NCBI GenBank assembly: GCA_965649765.1
Contig: OZ287748.1
Location: 75,330,001 to 75,394,000 of the forward strand
From: Bispira polyomma
Taxonomy: Eukaryota
Length of the DNA stretch: 64,000 nt
Reading direction: 5' to 3'
The notes under the pieces are model-generated. The model saw only the letters and a list, made by a program, of their open reading frames with translations, was not told the DNA's origin and made no database searches. A program made the translations under genes and the position numbers. Position 1 is the stretch's first letter. Each line of letters begins with the position of its first letter. Positions 62,667 to 64,000 of this stretch are shown here, one piece after another.

Positions 62667-62926
62667 GGGGGCCACAGTGGCCTAGTGGTTAGCAAGCATT
62701 GCGCTTCACAATCACTGGTCTCTCACCTCTGGGATTGGTTGGCATGGGTTTGACTCCTGTTGATGCCTATGTGGGAAAGGTGGTAGTTCCTTACTGTGGG
62801 CCGCTGGTTTCTCTGCAGAACTTTGATGAACTGTATGCAGTGTTTCCTCCAGCGTTTCCAACTACCCGTCCCAATATAACCTAAATAGGTACTAGAGTGG
62901 ATGTTAAATATTCTAATTAAAAAAAA
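62667..62926 (+). mobile_element. tRNA-derived SINE (same family as 45050-45300)
   Basis: A box tggcctagtgg, B box ggtttgactcc, very similar body; flanked by tactccta direct repeats (62652 and 62927). Confidence 0.9.
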
Positions 62927-64000
62927 TACTCCTACTCCATCCACCTGAGTCTGGTGTTAGTCCGCAAGATGCTATGATTTTTACTAATGGTATGCACAGC
63001 GAGGGACAGAGCTGTTACCATAAGCAAAATTTCACAAATCTGACACAGTAGATTACTATGTTTTATACAATGGGAAAATATACAGAAATATTTTTAAGCA
63101 GATAAGTACTTACAGGCTGGCCATAAGTTGTAATATTGTGTACGGCTATTGGATTAATCAATATACAACCACAGACTAAATGGAAAGATAATACCTCATA
63201 GGTTGTTATAGGTGCCATGTCAGATTTGTCAAGTTTTGCAAATGGTAACCCCTCTGTCGCCAGTCGCTACAAAAGCCATAAAACGTTAGCAGAAAACTCG
63301 GTCTAGGTGTTTGGGTGTTTTATGCTACAATTTTTAATAAGTTTCAACATTTTAGGTAAATCTGTTGCTCTATTCATATCATAAAGATAACTAAGTAAAC
63401 CATTTCATTTGATGGTCACTTTGGAAGCTTTAAAATGAAAAATTTAAAGTGGCCTAAATTTAAATGTTGTAGATTACGTAAATTCAGAGTATGTAAAATT
63501 GTATTGATATTTTGTATTTTATATTTATGAGGTTAAGAATACTTGAACTCATTTAGTCACTTTTTTGTTTTTATTGTGAAATAAGAAATGTAAATAATCG
63601 TAGTATTAGAATAAATTTTATCAGCAATTTTTATGAAATAACAAACCGTAAACATGTGAATAATGGAAGTGAAATTCCATATTAGTATTGTGTAGTATAT
63701 GACCAGTTTCCAGGACCAGTGATTTTCTTTACTTATGTGTATACATGCTTTTCAAAGTATTCGCTTTAGGTATAGCTGTTACAGACTGTTTACATTGTAT
63801 TTTGTTTGTATTAGATGTTTTTTTAAATATACTTTATAGATGCGAGGCAATGTCTAAGGCACCACAGGAGAATCAGCAAACCAATTGTGTAGTGCACAAA
63901 CATAGCCAAGTCATAAGGAAGGATGTAGGGTCTAGGGATCAATACGGAGGGAATAAGGCCCGGTAAAAAAGTTTGAACAGATAGGTTTTAAGTTTTCTTT

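Overview
AT-rich eukaryotic (invertebrate animal, possibly lophotrochozoan; not determinable here) genomic DNA, not prokaryotic. The only convincing intact host gene is a single-coding-exon rhodopsin-family peptide GPCR (minus strand, ~46.3-47.5 kb). The rest is (i) a 1.6-31 kb mosaic of old, diverged direct duplications (blocks A B B' A' C C') whose copies act as filled/empty site pairs for insertions (L2 LINEs, a TTAA-targeting Kolobok-type MITE, a split SINE), and (ii) a cluster of six decayed tyrosine-recombinase (DIRS-order, Ngaro-like: gag-RT-RNaseH-YR, no methyltransferase seen) retrotransposon copies, plus tRNA-derived SINEs, Helentron-associated-like MITEs and a Harbinger transposase relic. 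The most interesting signal comes from comparing the YR elements with each other. They share a TATA promoter and an N-terminal CxxC-x3-H-x7-C gag motif. An A_AAA_AAC-stop-hairpin -1 frameshift cassette lies between gag and pol. An aligned phase-1 (Y)AG acceptor sits exactly where recombinase homology starts, with a phase-matched donor in gag, suggesting a spliced Gag(N)-recombinase fusion. Terminal regions are rich in TAAGGTNACCTTA palindromes. All alignments were done by eye; boundaries of decayed elements are approximate.
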